A stretch of DNA of 64,000 nt from Sphyrna mokarran. Its lineage: Eukaryota. The notes below the pieces were generated by a model. It was given only the letters and a program-made list of their open reading frames with translations, was not told the DNA's origin and ran no database searches. The DNA is taken from assembly GCA_024679065.1 (NCBI GenBank), contig JAGIQG010000009.1:22692001-22756000 (forward strand), given 5' to 3'. The translations under genes were made by a program, and so were the position numbers. Numbering within the stretch: position 1 is the first letter of the stretch; every line of letters begins with the position of its first letter. Of this stretch, positions 24,168-36,519 are shown piece after piece.

Positions 24168-24561
24168 GTTATCTTACAAACCAATAGAACCTATGTTGTC
24201 AATTTTATAAATCACTTCCATGACTTGTAGATATGTTGCCTCCATCTTCAAATATGACCTCATGCTTTTTCTTCTGTTGGAAGTAAAGGATGCATATTGT
24301 CAGAGGAGGAGAAAAACAGAGTTTGAACGTAACGAAAGCAAAGTTCTATAATGTAAAAGTATGCACACTTGAATGTGAGGATAACTTGTGTAAAGGAATG
24401 CCTGAATGTAAGATGGGGAACTGTTTTTTCTTTAAAAAAAACACACATTTTTCTGACTTGATTGCTACTGAATTATGAATTGTTCAGAATATTTCAGCCC
24501 AACAAATTTGAATGAACTGAATAGTTCCTTGCTTTCTAGAGATGTTATCACTTGAGTTTAC

Positions 24562-24880
24562 AGGTGGCATGGTAGTTAGCACTGCTGTCTCACAGTTCCA
24601 GGATCCCACACGTTTAATTCTGGCCTTGGGCGACTGTGTGGCATTCACGTGTTCTCCCCATTACCTGTGTGGGTTTCCTCTGGATGCTCTGGTTTGCACT
24701 CTCACTCCAAAGATGTACAAATTAGGTTAATTGGCTGTGCTAAATTGTCCCTCTGTATCTGGAGATTAATGCAATAAAAATGTGGGGTTACAGGGATATA
24801 GGGCTTAGGATGGGATTGTTGTTGATGCAGGCTTGATGGGCCGAATGTCCTCATCCTGCACTGTAGGGATTCTATGATTC
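24562..24880 (+). mobile_element. HE1-like V-SINE (tail A)
   Basis: Head, V core and gattctatgattc tail. Confidence 0.8.
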
Positions 24881-25009
24881 CCATAGTAGAGAGAATAGAA
24901 AGGAAAATTCTCTCAAAATTTAAATGACTCCCAAATACAGCAGGAAGTAAAACTATGATTTTTTTTTTATGGCACTCTAAATTAAGAGTAAATGAGAGAA
25001 TGAACTGCC

Positions 25010-26400
25010 ATTAGGATATCTCAAAGCACACTAAGTCAATCGTTTATTGTTGAGCTGTGGTTGCTATTTTTATGCAGCCAACTCCAGCAGCCAGTTTGTG
25101 TAAAGGAATGTGCCACAAGTAGCTAATGATCTGTTTGATTGGTTTTAATAATGTTGACTTAGGGAAGAACACTGACCAAGAGATTTTCCAGTTTTTCTTT
25201 AGACAGTGGAATCTACATTGGCCTTTAATGTTGCAGAGCTGGCCTTTAATGTTGCAGTTGTATAAAACGCTAGTTAGACCTCATTTGGAATACTGTGTCC
25301 AGTTCTGGTCGCCTTACTACCGGAAGGACGTGGAGACTCTGGAAAGAGTGCAGAGGAGGTTTACTAGAATGTGCCTGGTATGGAAGGTCTGAGTTACGAG
25401 GAGAGATTAGGCAAATTGGGACTGTTTTCCTTAGAAAGACGTAGACTTAGAGGAGATCTGATAGAGGTGTACAAGATTTTGAAGTGGATAGATAGAGTAA
25501 ACAGGGCTAAGCTTTTTCCTAGGATGTACTCAAATAGCACGAGGGGTCAGGGGCTTAGGGTGAGGGGGTAAGGTATAATTTGGATGCTAGAGGGAGTTTT
25601 TTCACACACAGGGTGGTGGGGGTATGGAATGCGCTACCAAGTAAAATGGTGGAGGCAGGTACTCTGGAGATATTTAAGAAATACTTAGGTGGGCACATGA
25701 ACAGAATGGGAATGGAGGGTTATAGAAAACTGATTTAAAATAGGGATCATGAGCCTTGGGAGTCCCTGGGAAGTAAATAGATGATGATATTGATGTACTT
25801 GTTTTTATCCTATAGGTGCTTTGGTCCACCTTGTTGTCTAACGAGGGGCATACACGCGATGGGTCGTGAGAGGACTGCTCTTGGACCTTTTTCGAGAATA
25901 TCCTACTGCTTCACATCGTTACTGTATGCTTGACCTGGACCATTTGATGGGCAACACGACAGCGCAGTGACTATAGCTGTGCTGTGCAGATACATGGATT
26001 TGGGCCTGTGCCTGTGGGAGTTTGCGCATTCTCCCCGTGCTTGTGTGGGTTTTCTCTGGGAGCTCTGGTTTCCTCCCACATCCCAAAGATGTGCTCTTAG
26101 GCTCATTGGCAAAACAAATTCTCCCAAAATTGTCTCAAATTTGGTTTTTAATCCATAGATCTATAAACATGGACAGGGATCACGTGTAGAAGTGGGAACC
26201 TCGAGGTGGTGGCGCGGGCTCGTTGGGCCGAAGGGCCTGTTTCCCGTGCTGTTTTGTTCTTTGTTCTTTGTACGTTCGACTCTTATTCAGAAGGATAAAT
26301 GTCCAGTAATGCCGTATTGCATAAAAGTGTAAGAACAGATTTTGCACTCAAGTCTTTGGTGGAATATGACTGAGACTCCAACAAGGCTACAATCAGTTGG
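25010..26400 (-). mobile_element. Old Deu-SINE interrupted by the 25219-26270 insertion
   Basis: 25010-25218 and 26271-26400 read as consecutive parts of the reverse-complement DeuSINE consensus. Confidence 0.5.
25219..26270 (+). mobile_element. CR1 3' fragment with long 3' UTR containing a V-SINE-like segment
   Basis: [21 protein letters not shown]; V core at 26010-26095; ggccgaagggcctgt + (gttcttt)n tail. Confidence 0.75.
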
Positions 26401-27959
26401 GACATAAGTATGACCCTTCTTTCAAACTTTGACTGTTTTTCAACTTACAGCACCAGCTGACAGAACCGGGCGCAGTGACCCAGTGAAGTGCAAGGGATGA
26501 ACTGGGAGCTGTTAAGTGCCGTAGTGGCACCCTATGGAAGTAGCTGTGTATAATTAGGTTTCAGTGAAATGCTAGGATTACTATTATTAAGATATGGCCT
26601 TTTATGTTTGGGATTGAACCTGATCTTCGGAATTTTCAACGCTGAAAACTTGATAATACTTTTAACTGTGCCGTTTTTGTGGCTGAATACTTGGGCTCTG
26701 GGATTAACAATTTGTATAAGACTCTTAATCCCGTGCTCTCCTTTTCATTTAGCTTTTGCCTTAGATTTGGGAATGGGTGGGTTGCAGGTTGGAGATTACT
26801 GTCAGATCTTATTAAATAGTGGTGCATGCTTGAAGGACTGAATGGCCTACTCCTGCTTCTGTTCATATCTGTTTGCAACTGAAATCCTGAAATAGTCCTG
26901 TATAATAATGTTGGGGAATAGAACTGAAACGTGATTATTCGTTAATTTGCACCATGACTTTTTCAAGTTGCAGTAAACTTCTCTGAACTGTGAGCCGTAA
27001 AGATGTGCTCGAACAGATGGCTTGCCCTTTGAAGCGTATAATTTTGATATTAATTTAATAATATGTTGTACAAAGGAACTGTGATGCTTTATAAAATTGT
27101 TCAGCATTCTGCAGGTATTTGCCCTGAAGGGGATGGCAGGGCAACTGAGCGTGCTGATAACTGCCATCGCTGTGCATAGGCACTTCAAGCATTGATCAAT
27201 GTGACAGTAACTTGTCATGGCAACCAGCTGTTTGGTGCTGTCAGCATACATTAGGGACGGTCTCTGAACGTTAACAGGTAAATGGGAAAAAATACTTGCT
27301 GCAGTGACCACTTGTTCAGAAATATTGGTGCATATCAGGGACAGGCTGAACAATATCAAGTGCCCCACCATCTTGACCTTGCCCATCTGACATTCTGTGC
27401 CAGTCTGTAATAGTGTATCCTTTTGGCAGACGTGTACGTTTTTAACGCGCATGCTTAAACAAATCTTTTTCACCTAAAGACCGTCACATATTTATATAGT
27501 TAACCAGTTGATCACTGACATGTAATTTATTCAGTATTATTTCTGTGAACTGACCACTTACCTAGCATGAATCCAACTGAATGCCAAGGCCAAGTATGAG
27601 ACAGGTACTTAGAAGCCCAAGTTACTTATATTTTTGATGAAAGATGCCTGGTATGACTCGCAATCAAAGGAGAAGGAGATTGATAATTCACTGGTTACAT
27701 GAATCGTAACAACACAGAGCCCACTGGTATCAGAACTTCACCCTTATACCATTCTTCCTTAAAGATCGTTCTTTAGACGTTTCATTGACTATGAGCGTTT
27801 GCATGCCAGCTTTAAATTTTGTCTAAATTATAGGAAATTTCTAACAGTTCAGGGTTCCAAAATAAGTTTTTGTGCAAATTTTTAATTATTAGTAATGGAC
27901 AAAGAAGCTGATAATAGAATCTTTGAGCACTTTGAGTACATATTACTGTTGCAAACTCA

Positions 27960-28275
27960 AGGGATGGTACAATGGCACCCAGGTTCACCCTGCTGCCTCA
28001 CAGTATTGGGGACCTGGGTTCAATTCTGGATTTGGGTAATTGTCTGTGTGGAATTTACACATTCTACCCATGTCTGTGTGGGTTTCCTCAGGGTGATGCA
28101 GTTTCTTCCCACACTCCAGTGATGCATGGATTAGGCGGATTGGCCATGTTAAAATGACCTTTGGTGTCACGGTAAATATGTGGGGTTACAGAGATAAGGA
28201 CTGGGTGGGATTTTTGTTGATGCAGTTTGATAGGCCAAATGGCCTCCTTCTGCACTACAGGGATTTAATGATTTT
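27960..28275 (+). mobile_element. HE1-like V-SINE (tail A)
   Basis: Head, V core, aatggcctccttctgcact tail. Confidence 0.8.
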
Positions 28276-28489
28276 AGCAGAAATAGGATAGTAGATATGA
28301 GGACAGGGAAGCATTTCCCTCTCCTCTGCCAAGCTTAAGAAATCTCTCATTTGCTTCAAGAACCAGATATTAATTGTCATTAGCTTTCTGTTTTAAAACA
28401 AGCAAATCTTTAATTTCTTCTAATTATTCAACCATGGCATGACAAAGAGTTCATGCTATGCTGTCAATATCTGCACATGTACCTTAAGA

Positions 28490-28865
28490 TTTTTGATTTG
28501 ATTTAATATTTTTGCATGCATTGGTATACAATGGCAAGTATTTTTTTTGTGTGTGCTATGCAGACAAAGCATACCATTCATAGAGAAGGAAAGGGAAGAG
28601 TGCAGAATGTAGTGTTATAGTCATAGCTAGGAGAAGAGACTTAGCACGAAGTACATTCATTCAGAAGTCTGATGGCAGCAGGGAAGATGATGTTCTTGGG
28701 TTGGTTGTTATGTGACGTCAGACTTTTGTGCCTTTTTCCTGATGGAAGAAGGTGAAAGAGAGTAAGTCCAGGGTGCTAGGGGCCTTTAATTATACTGACT
28801 GGTTTTCCAAGGCAGTGAGGAGTGTAGACCAAGTCAATGGATGAGAAGCTGGTTTTTGTGATGCA
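28490..28865 (-). mobile_element. Rex1/Babar-like LINE 3' end (further copies 31290-31780, 33235-33380, tail 63841-63902)
   Basis: - strand encodes LFHLLPSGK...SFFPAA-like C-terminus; (atttg)n tail; copies mutually similar. Confidence 0.7.
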
Positions 28866-29876
28866 AGTATTGCAATTGAGAGATTGCTTGTGACAGTGTA
28901 AAGTTGCTGACTTACCCTTTACTGCCTGGGCCCTAAGTGTCAGAAGTCCTACTCTAAACCTCCCTTTTCGCTTTTAAACACTTCTTAAAACCTAGATGTT
29001 TGACTGTGCTTTTGGTCACCTTTCCTAATGTCCTTCTATCTTGCCCTGTGTCAAACTTAATTTCATAACGTTCCTATAAAGTGCCTTTGAATATCTTATT
29101 ATGTTGAAACCTAATAAATCCAGTTGTTGTTGCTGCAGGGGATGGGAGAAGCAAGGAGTGAGACCTTGGTCTGATAAGGAGCTATCATTCCTTTTTCCGT
29201 TTCGCACTTTGAGAAGATTATTGTTTGTTAGAATAACTTAGTGGTTCCAGGATATGCAAAGTGTGTGCTTAGAGTGACAAATACAGAGGGAGTTAGCCAA
29301 TCCTTTTCGTTCACCTGATTGTACTGCGTGCACAAGTCATTGATGGATGTTAGAATGGAATCATCTCTGCCCTGTCAGATGACTGTGATAGAGGATGTCC
29401 TGATTCAAAGTCATATGTAAGGATATAAGTGGGTAGAAATCAGTTACAGTTCTGAGCTAAAGTCAAAGATATACAGGCAAGTTACCTCTCAACAACTGGA
29501 AGGCCAGAGGCTAACCCAAATTCATGCCTTGGGGATCAAGCCTGATTTCTATAAATTGCTGCCTCCTGTTATGCCTCAAGGGACTGGTTCCCACTTCCTG
29601 TTGAACAATTGCAGGCTACTTATCTCACTAGCAGTGGCCTTTAGGTAAATGCTGGTGGAGGAAGGTAGAGAATGAGAAAGTTTTGATTAGTGTCCTTGGA
29701 AGTGCTGTGGAATGAGAGGACCTACTGTTCCGTCCAACTCCACATCAAACATTAATTTAGCTAATCTTTTGATGACAGCTCCTAGTGAGTTGTAGCTATG
29801 TCGGAAAAAAAAGAGTGGAAACTCTGGGAAGGCCTATTACCTGATGGAAACAAGTAAAACAGGTCGAAGACAAGTA

Positions 29877-30155
29877 GCTGGCACAGTGGTTAGCATCACT
29901 GACTCAAAGCATCATGGACCCAGGTTTGATTCCTGGCTTGGGTCACTTCTATATGGAGTCTGCATGTTCCCCCCATGTTTGCATGGGATTTCTTCCCATA
30001 GTCTGAAAGATGTGCTGGTTGGGTGCATTGGCCATGCTAAATTCTCCCCCACTGTACCCAAACAGATGCTGGAGTGTGGTGACTAGGAGATTTTCGCAGT
30101 AATTTCATTGTAATGTAAATGTAAGCCTCCTTGTGAGACCAATAAATAAACTTAA
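29877..30155 (+). mobile_element. V-SINE (tail B)
   Basis: Head + V core + gtaagcct..ttgtgaga..aataaataaac tail. Confidence 0.8.
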
Positions 30156-30619
30156 AGCTTAAATTGTTCCGAAGAGAGTAATTTATGTTGTTGGACACTG
30201 CCAGAAACACACTTGCTTTCTCTTTGCTGTAACCCAGACTGTATGCAAAGTAAGGTGTTAGTTTAAAAATGAGGGCATTCCATTGGCTTCTGCGTACAAC
30301 TATCCATTTAGTACAAAGTATAAAGTAAAAAATAAAGTTTATTTATTAGTCACAAGTAGGCTTACATTGAATATAATTATTCCTGCTAGTTCATATTAAG
30401 AAGTCTTGATTTTCACAGCCTATTTACAGGTGAATGAGAGAAAGAATACCTAAAACAATATTCCTGTATCTTGGAACAGTTTTAACCTTGAAGTCATGTA
30501 CTAACAGTTGAAGGTGCATTCAATATGCATATATGGGCTCTTCAATGAGAGCCAATTATTTTCTAAGATGGCTAATCAAACCTTTCCTAAATTTGCCATT
30601 GGTTGTAATCTTCAAAGTT

Positions 30620-30898
30620 TCAAAGTTTTACCATTTATTTATTAGAGTCACAAGTAGGTTTACATTGACACTACAATGAATTTACGGTGAAAATCCCCTA
30701 GTCACCACACTCCAACGACTATTTGGCTATGCTGAGAGAAAATGTAGCATGGCCAATGCACCTAAACAGCACATCTTTTGGACTGTGGGAGGAAACCCAC
30801 GGGAAGGACTTGCAAACTCCACAGAGACAGGGACTCGAGCCGGAAATCGAACCCAGCCTCTGGCACTGTGAGACAGCAGTGCTAACCACTATGCCCAT
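30620..30898 (-). mobile_element. V-SINE (tail B)
   Basis: Reverse complement of the 29877 family. Confidence 0.8.
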
Positions 30899-31049
30899 GC
30901 CGTCCCAGATAGTATCAAACACAAAGTATTAAAAATAATGATCATATCTGAATGCTTAAAAAGTATTTGGTCTACCTGTGAAAGACACATGAATGATACT
31001 GATTTGATGGTTTTTCTTTGTATATTGTAATGTTTATACCTCTCATTAG

Positions 31050-31091
31050 GATCCCCGTGCTGGTTCTTGCTGTCACCTCCAGCTGGAAGGT
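31050..31091 (+). CDS. Candidate 42-nt SZT2 cassette exon (DPRAGSCCHLQLEG)
   Basis: ctctcattag acceptor, ggt|gtacgt donor, phase 0-0. Confidence 0.3.
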
Positions 31092-31289
31092 GTACGTTGT
31101 CAACAACCTGCGATTAGTTGGTTGAAATTCTACTGATCAGATTGGTTCAGTCCTTTTCCACCTCAGTGAAGTGCAAGGATTTGCAATCTTAAAATGACCC
31201 ATCCAGTGACTAAGAGTTGGTTGAACTTTTCTCCCATTAACTGACGTGCCCAGAGTTGGCACATGAGCCACAGTGCTATTTCTAACAAA

Positions 31290-31780
31290 GATTTTGCTTT
31301 GATTTATTGTCACATGCTTTGGGATACAGTATTGTTTTTTGCGCACTATATATACAGAACATCCCGTTCATAGAGTACATTGGGAAGAAGGACAAGAGAA
31401 GATGCACAATATAGTGTTACAACCACAAGATTTAGCGGAAGATCAGATTAATATAAACTTCCTTAAAAATTCCCTCTAGTTCATAATCAGACAGGTAATG
31501 TGCCCTGTCGTAACAATTAAATGCGAAGGATCCAAATAAGCTTAATACAAGGCAAGTCCATTCAAAATCTGATAGCAACAGGGAAAAAGCTGTTCTTGGT
31601 GGGTATGCGACCTCAAACTTTTGTATCTTTTTTCCTACAGAAGAAGATGGAAGAGTATATGTCTGGGGTGTGTGGGGTCCTTGATTATGCTGGCTGCTTT
31701 TCCGAGGCAGCGGGAAGTGTAGAGGAATCAATGGGTGGGAGTCTGGTTTGCTTGATAGACTGGGCTTTGTTCACGACCCA
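31290..31780 (-). mobile_element. Rex1/Babar-like LINE 3' end
   Basis: Similar to 28490-28865, with an ~80-bp internal insertion. Confidence 0.7.
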
Positions 31781-31964
31781 TATTTCAAAAAAATTAAAAT
31801 AATTTTTGATCACCTGTTATTGACTGTACAATTACAGGTGAGCAGAAATCACATCTGCAATGTAATAGGTGAACAGCATTATTTATCCCTGCTGAAATGT
31901 AATTCCACAGTGTATGATTGGAACTCTTCTTCTTTCTTTCCTCATCACCTCTCTGTCCACGCAG

Positions 31965-32235
31965 GAACCAAACCCATTTCTTCATTCCACATTGGAAGCT
32001 GATGCGTTGATCAAGAGTCCAACTCCGCCGCCAAGTAAGGAACAGGGGCGACTGAGCTCAACAAACCGGAGTCTTCCACCTCTTCACTTCCCGCCGGAAA
32101 TTGTTCTATTTGATGAGGCACTGCGCGACATCACTGTGCCCAAAGTGATGCGACAGTCGCACGATGTGGGGCTGACTGACCCAGTCTCCCGTCACGGCAC
32201 ACAGTTCCTGGAAATCAAAAATCTGGAGCGGAGAG
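31965..32235 (+). CDS. SZT2: SZT2 exon (EPNPFLHST...FDEALRDI...HGTQFLEIKNLERR)
   Basis: ccacgcag acceptor, g|gtgagg donor, phase 0-1. Confidence 0.93.
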
Positions 32236-32824
32236 GTGAGGGAGACATGGAGAAATACTTAATTTGGTCCAGTATTGCTCACTTATGCAGCCTGCATACA
32301 GCTGCTCTGCAATCAAGTTAACATATTGTATAAGTTGCACAGCTGTTTTTGTCTGAAAGAAATTAAGAGATAACACTTTTTTAAATGAGTGAGACAGATC
32401 GGATAAGCTGAAACCAATTTGTGCTTTTTCGTGTAAATAAAAATGTGTTCATTCAGAACTCTTCCTCTTAAATTTTCACATTATGAATGGCCATTGAGCT
32501 CTAGAAGGTTTTGGAACCTAATGAAACAAAATCTTTTTACAAGTTTTGTGTCATTCTGGGTTTGACTGTCACTCATATATTTCTGTGTGTGTCTGAGTCT
32601 TAAGTATTTGTGTGTGATATATTTGTAACATTTCATTCTGTGTCACTTTTATTTCCTCAAGTCACTTACAATAGTCTCGTTGTTAGAACCGCAAAGAACT
32701 TGCATGAAATATTGTTTTACCTGAGTTTCTGTGATTCTTCCACATGGCTTTTCTTTGCAAAATGTTTTCCTACAAGTTTCAAACTCTGCATCATCCGCGG
32801 TAATGTATGTGAAACCCTGGATAG

Positions 32825-33095
32825 GGTGGCACAATGGTTAGCACTGCTGCCTCACAGCACTAGGAACCTGGGTTCAATTTCCGGCTTGGGTGACTGTATG
32901 TGTGGAGTTTGCACATTCTCCCTGTGTCTGTGTGGGTTTCTTCTGGGTGCCCCGGTTTCCTGCCACAGTCCAAAAGACGTTTTGGCTGGGTGTGTTGTCC
33001 ATGGTAAATTCTCTTTCTGTGTACTGCCGGAGTGTGACATTTCACAGTAACTTCATTGCAGTGTTAATGTTAGCCTACTTGTGACCAATAAATTT
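32825..33095 (+). mobile_element. V-SINE (tail B)
   Basis: gggtggcacaatggttagcactgc head, V core, tail B. Confidence 0.85.
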
Positions 33096-33655
33096 TTTTT
33101 AAAAACTAGCCATTTGATCAGGTTCATTTTAGAGGTAAACCAGTGGGAATGTCATTGTCATATTGACTTTCTTGTAGGAATTTTTGTTAAATATTATACA
33201 GAGAGATCCTTAGCAAGTGCAGACATTTTAATGTTGATTTGATTTGATTTATTATTGTCACATATATTTGCATGCAGTGAAAAGAATCGTTTATTGCATG
33301 CTGTACATGAAAGCATGCTACTCAAAGTACATAGGAGTAAAGGATAGGGTGCAGAATATGGTGTTGCAGTTTCAGTTGGGTTGAAGGAGCTGCTCCGAAA
33401 TGAGAAACCATATGCAGAGGGGGTAACCTAAGACTAAGCTATCATCATCTAGTTGGTTTTGTAAAGGTAACTTAATGAAGCTGTGTCAGTGCCACCAAGG
33501 AACATGTTACGTTATTGTTTTGTCTGGTACTGTTCAGCTGGGTGGGGCTTGAGTGAACCTTGCTGAGCAAGTGTTAAGTGCATTCTCCATAGGATGCTGC
33601 ATCACTCTTCATGTTTCACGAATTAACCCAAAGATGTGATCTGATTCTTTTTCAG

Positions 33656-33735
33656 AGATGGAGAAACAGATGAAAATTGAGAACCTATTTGTGACATGGC
33701 AGCAACGTTCTGCACAGTCTAACATGCCCATTACA
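33656..33735 (+). CDS. SZT2: SZT2 exon ([27 protein letters not shown])
   Basis: tttttcag acceptor, aca|gtaagt donor, phase 1-0. Confidence 0.93.
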
Positions 33736-34070
33736 GTAAGTAGCATCTTGGCTTACTTGGGGAAATGACTTTATCTCATTATTGCACTTCAAAGCGAAGT
33801 ATTAGACTTCAAAGTGAATTATTACACTTCAGCGAATTTAAAACCAACCTTTTATAAGATTTAAATGAAGAATTGTTTAGGTGAGCATGTATTCAAAAGT
33901 GTTGTGACTTGTACAGATTATTTATTATACAACAGCAAATGATGTGCTAATTAAATAAAACTATATACCACACGACTATAGTGTTTCCCTGTACATTTGT
34001 CAGATCATAAGCAGTTACTCTTTGAACTCGTAACAAAACATGGTAACCTTCCAGTCTTTTTCTGGTTCAG

Positions 34071-34196
34071 CTTGGTGATCTGGACACTCTGAAACAGTCT
34101 TCGCGTCTAGTCCACTACTGTGCCACTCCACTGCTGTTTGATCCCATTTTCAGGCAACAAATCCAGGCTGAGCAACAAGTTGGATCTGAGGGAAAG
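34071..34196 (+). CDS. SZT2: SZT2 exon ([25 protein letters not shown]...EGK)
   Basis: ggttcag acceptor, aag|gtaggt donor, 126 nt, phase 0-0. Confidence 0.93.
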
Positions 34197-35029
34197 GTAG
34201 GTTGTTATGTTCATGATTTAAATAGGGGATGGCATTTAGGGTAGTTGGAATCTGAACCGATGACCAATGGTGGTGAATAGAAAAGTGGAGAAAATGCGGA
34301 CAGCTCGTTATCAATCACAATGAGAGACAGATCAGAAAAGCAATCAGTGACAGAGGGGTGGTAATAGAATCAATAAATGATGCGGAGCAAAATGAAGTCT
34401 GGAGTATTGGGTGGAAAGTCTTTGGAACAATTTTGGAAAGCTGCAGATGGTAGTGAGTGTTCGAATGTTTGGAGCGGGGGGGTTGGTGGTCAGTATGCTG
34501 TATAACAAAAACTGACCTTGTCAGGATAAACAAGTTAATTGTGCACAAGAGGTCAGTTGTGTCATGCCTAAGGACAAGCTGCCATCTGTTTGAAATCAGC
34601 AGTTTGTTGAAGCAAAACATTGTGAGCCTAAAGCACGGCAGATAGGGAATGAGCATCTGCCATTGCATAAGTCCCGGTTTGAAAATAAACAATCCAGGCA
34701 CTCTCCAGCTAAGAGAGCCACTTTAGTTTAACCTATCCTAATTTGTTAATTCCTGTTGAGAGCTGAAGGAGAGTGCCTGAACTTTGAATGAAATTGGACA
34801 TCATTGACTTGCTGTGAGTTTAAAAATGCTTCAGAGATTCTAAATGTTTCTTGAATTATTCCTTATTCATCTAGTCTCTACAAAGAAATAGAATTATACT
34901 GGAGGAGTTCCCTTTTGATAAGTTTTCTACACTAAATAGTGGACATCTGCAGGTAATATGGCATCATTATTCTCCCCCACCTCAAATAAGGATCATCTTT
35001 AAAAATCCATATGTGAAAGCTGTTGGAAG

Positions 35030-35315
35030 ATGATGGCGCAGTGATTAATACTGCTGCCTCACAGCGCTAGGGACCTGGGTTTGATTCCTGACTTGGGTCA
35101 CTGTGTGGGATTTGCACATTCCCTCTGGGCTGCATAGGTTTCTTCTGGATGTTTCAGTTTCCTCCCACTGTTAGGTGCAACAGCCATGCTAAATTCTCTC
35201 TCAGTATGTCTGAACAGGTGCCGGAGTGTGGCGACTAGGAGATTTTCACAGTGACTTCATTGCATTGCTACCATAAGACTACTTCTAACACTAACAAATA
35301 AATAAAATAATAATA
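35030..35315 (+). mobile_element. V-SINE (tail B)
   Basis: Head, V core, ccggagtgtggcgactagg tail. Confidence 0.8.
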
Positions 35316-35419
35316 AACGTGTCCAGACTGAGGAGATGAAAACTACTCCCATCTGCTGATCGTAAATGTTTTTAATTTAGCATTCTTACTCTGGCGACAG
35401 GGGTAGCTGGTGTGGGAAC

Positions 35420-35730
35420 TTTTTATTTATTTATTTATTCACTTATGGGATGTGGGCATTGTAGCCAGGTCATTTATTGCCCATCCCTAATTGAACTTGA
35501 AGCTAGTAGTGAGTTGCCTTCTCAGACCGCTGCAGTCCATATGATGTAGGTGCATCCATGGTGCTATTAGGGAGGGAGTTCCAGGATTTTGACCCAGTAT
35601 CAGTGAAGGAATGCTGATGTATTTCCAAGTCAGGAATGGTGAGTAACTTGAAGGGAAACTTCCAGATGGTGGTATTCCCATGTTTCTACTGCCCTTGTCC
35701 TACATGATAGCAGTTGTGGGCTTGGAAGGT
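35420..35730 (-). mobile_element. LINE 3' end sharing its tail with SINE family C
   Basis: gggatgtgggcatt..catttattgcccatccctaattg is the reverse complement of the family C tail. Confidence 0.65.
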
Positions 35731-35786
35731 GATTTCTTTTTAATAAAGACTCAATAAACGCAGGGAAATGGAAGGGTCACACTGTG

Positions 35787-36160
35787 GAGATGATGACATA
35801 GTGGTAATGTCACTACACTAGTAGTGTAGGCTAATGCTGTGGAGACCAATCCCATCATACAAGCTGGTGGAATTTAAATTCAGTTCATAAATCTGGATAT
35901 GGAAGCTGGTTTTGGCAATGGTGACCATAAAACAATTGTCGTTTATCATAAAAACCCATCCGGTTTACTGTTGCCTTTATGGAAGGGAATATGCTATCCT
36001 TACCCGGTTTGTCCTACTCTTCATGTGGTTCCAGATCTGTAACAATGTGGCTAATTCTTAACTGCCCCTTGCAATGGCCCAGCAAGCCACTCAGCTCAAG
36101 GGCAATTAAGGAACAAATGCTGGCCTTGCCAGCGATGCACACATCCTATCAAAGAATAAT
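35787..36160 (+). mobile_element. tRNA-derived SINE, family C
   Basis: Similar to the 14515 copy. Confidence 0.7.
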
Positions 36161-36519
36161 TGACTAAGATTTGTTCTTCTGAGTTTCTGCTAAAAGATAT
36201 TGCTGGGATAAAATAGAAGAGATTAACTTTGTAGCTGGCGACATAATATACTTGATCAGTCTGCGTGTGTTTGATGTTGATTCAGTGAAGCTGGAACGAA
36301 ATGTTCTATTTCCTGTTTCTAATACTGCTCATTTTGATGAATACAAGAAGCTCATCACAGTTGAAACATGCTGGTCTTATCCATGCTTGTGGGGTTGGCA
36401 AACATTGTGCTTTGGCAGTGTGCAGAATCTTTGCCTAAAATTATATTTGGTTAATTTCTTGCACAATTAATGTTGCCAGAATTTTACCCTCACCTGCTTT
36501 GTGTGTCGGGAAATGTTAC

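Noticed and set aside
23147-24230. Cluster of overlapping ORFs
   Set aside because: Result of the GC-rich MITE interior; no transposase motifs.
33382-33400. Hammerhead-like tgaaggagctgctccgaaa
   Set aside because: Only a stem II + GAAA fragment; CUGANGA and stem I absent.
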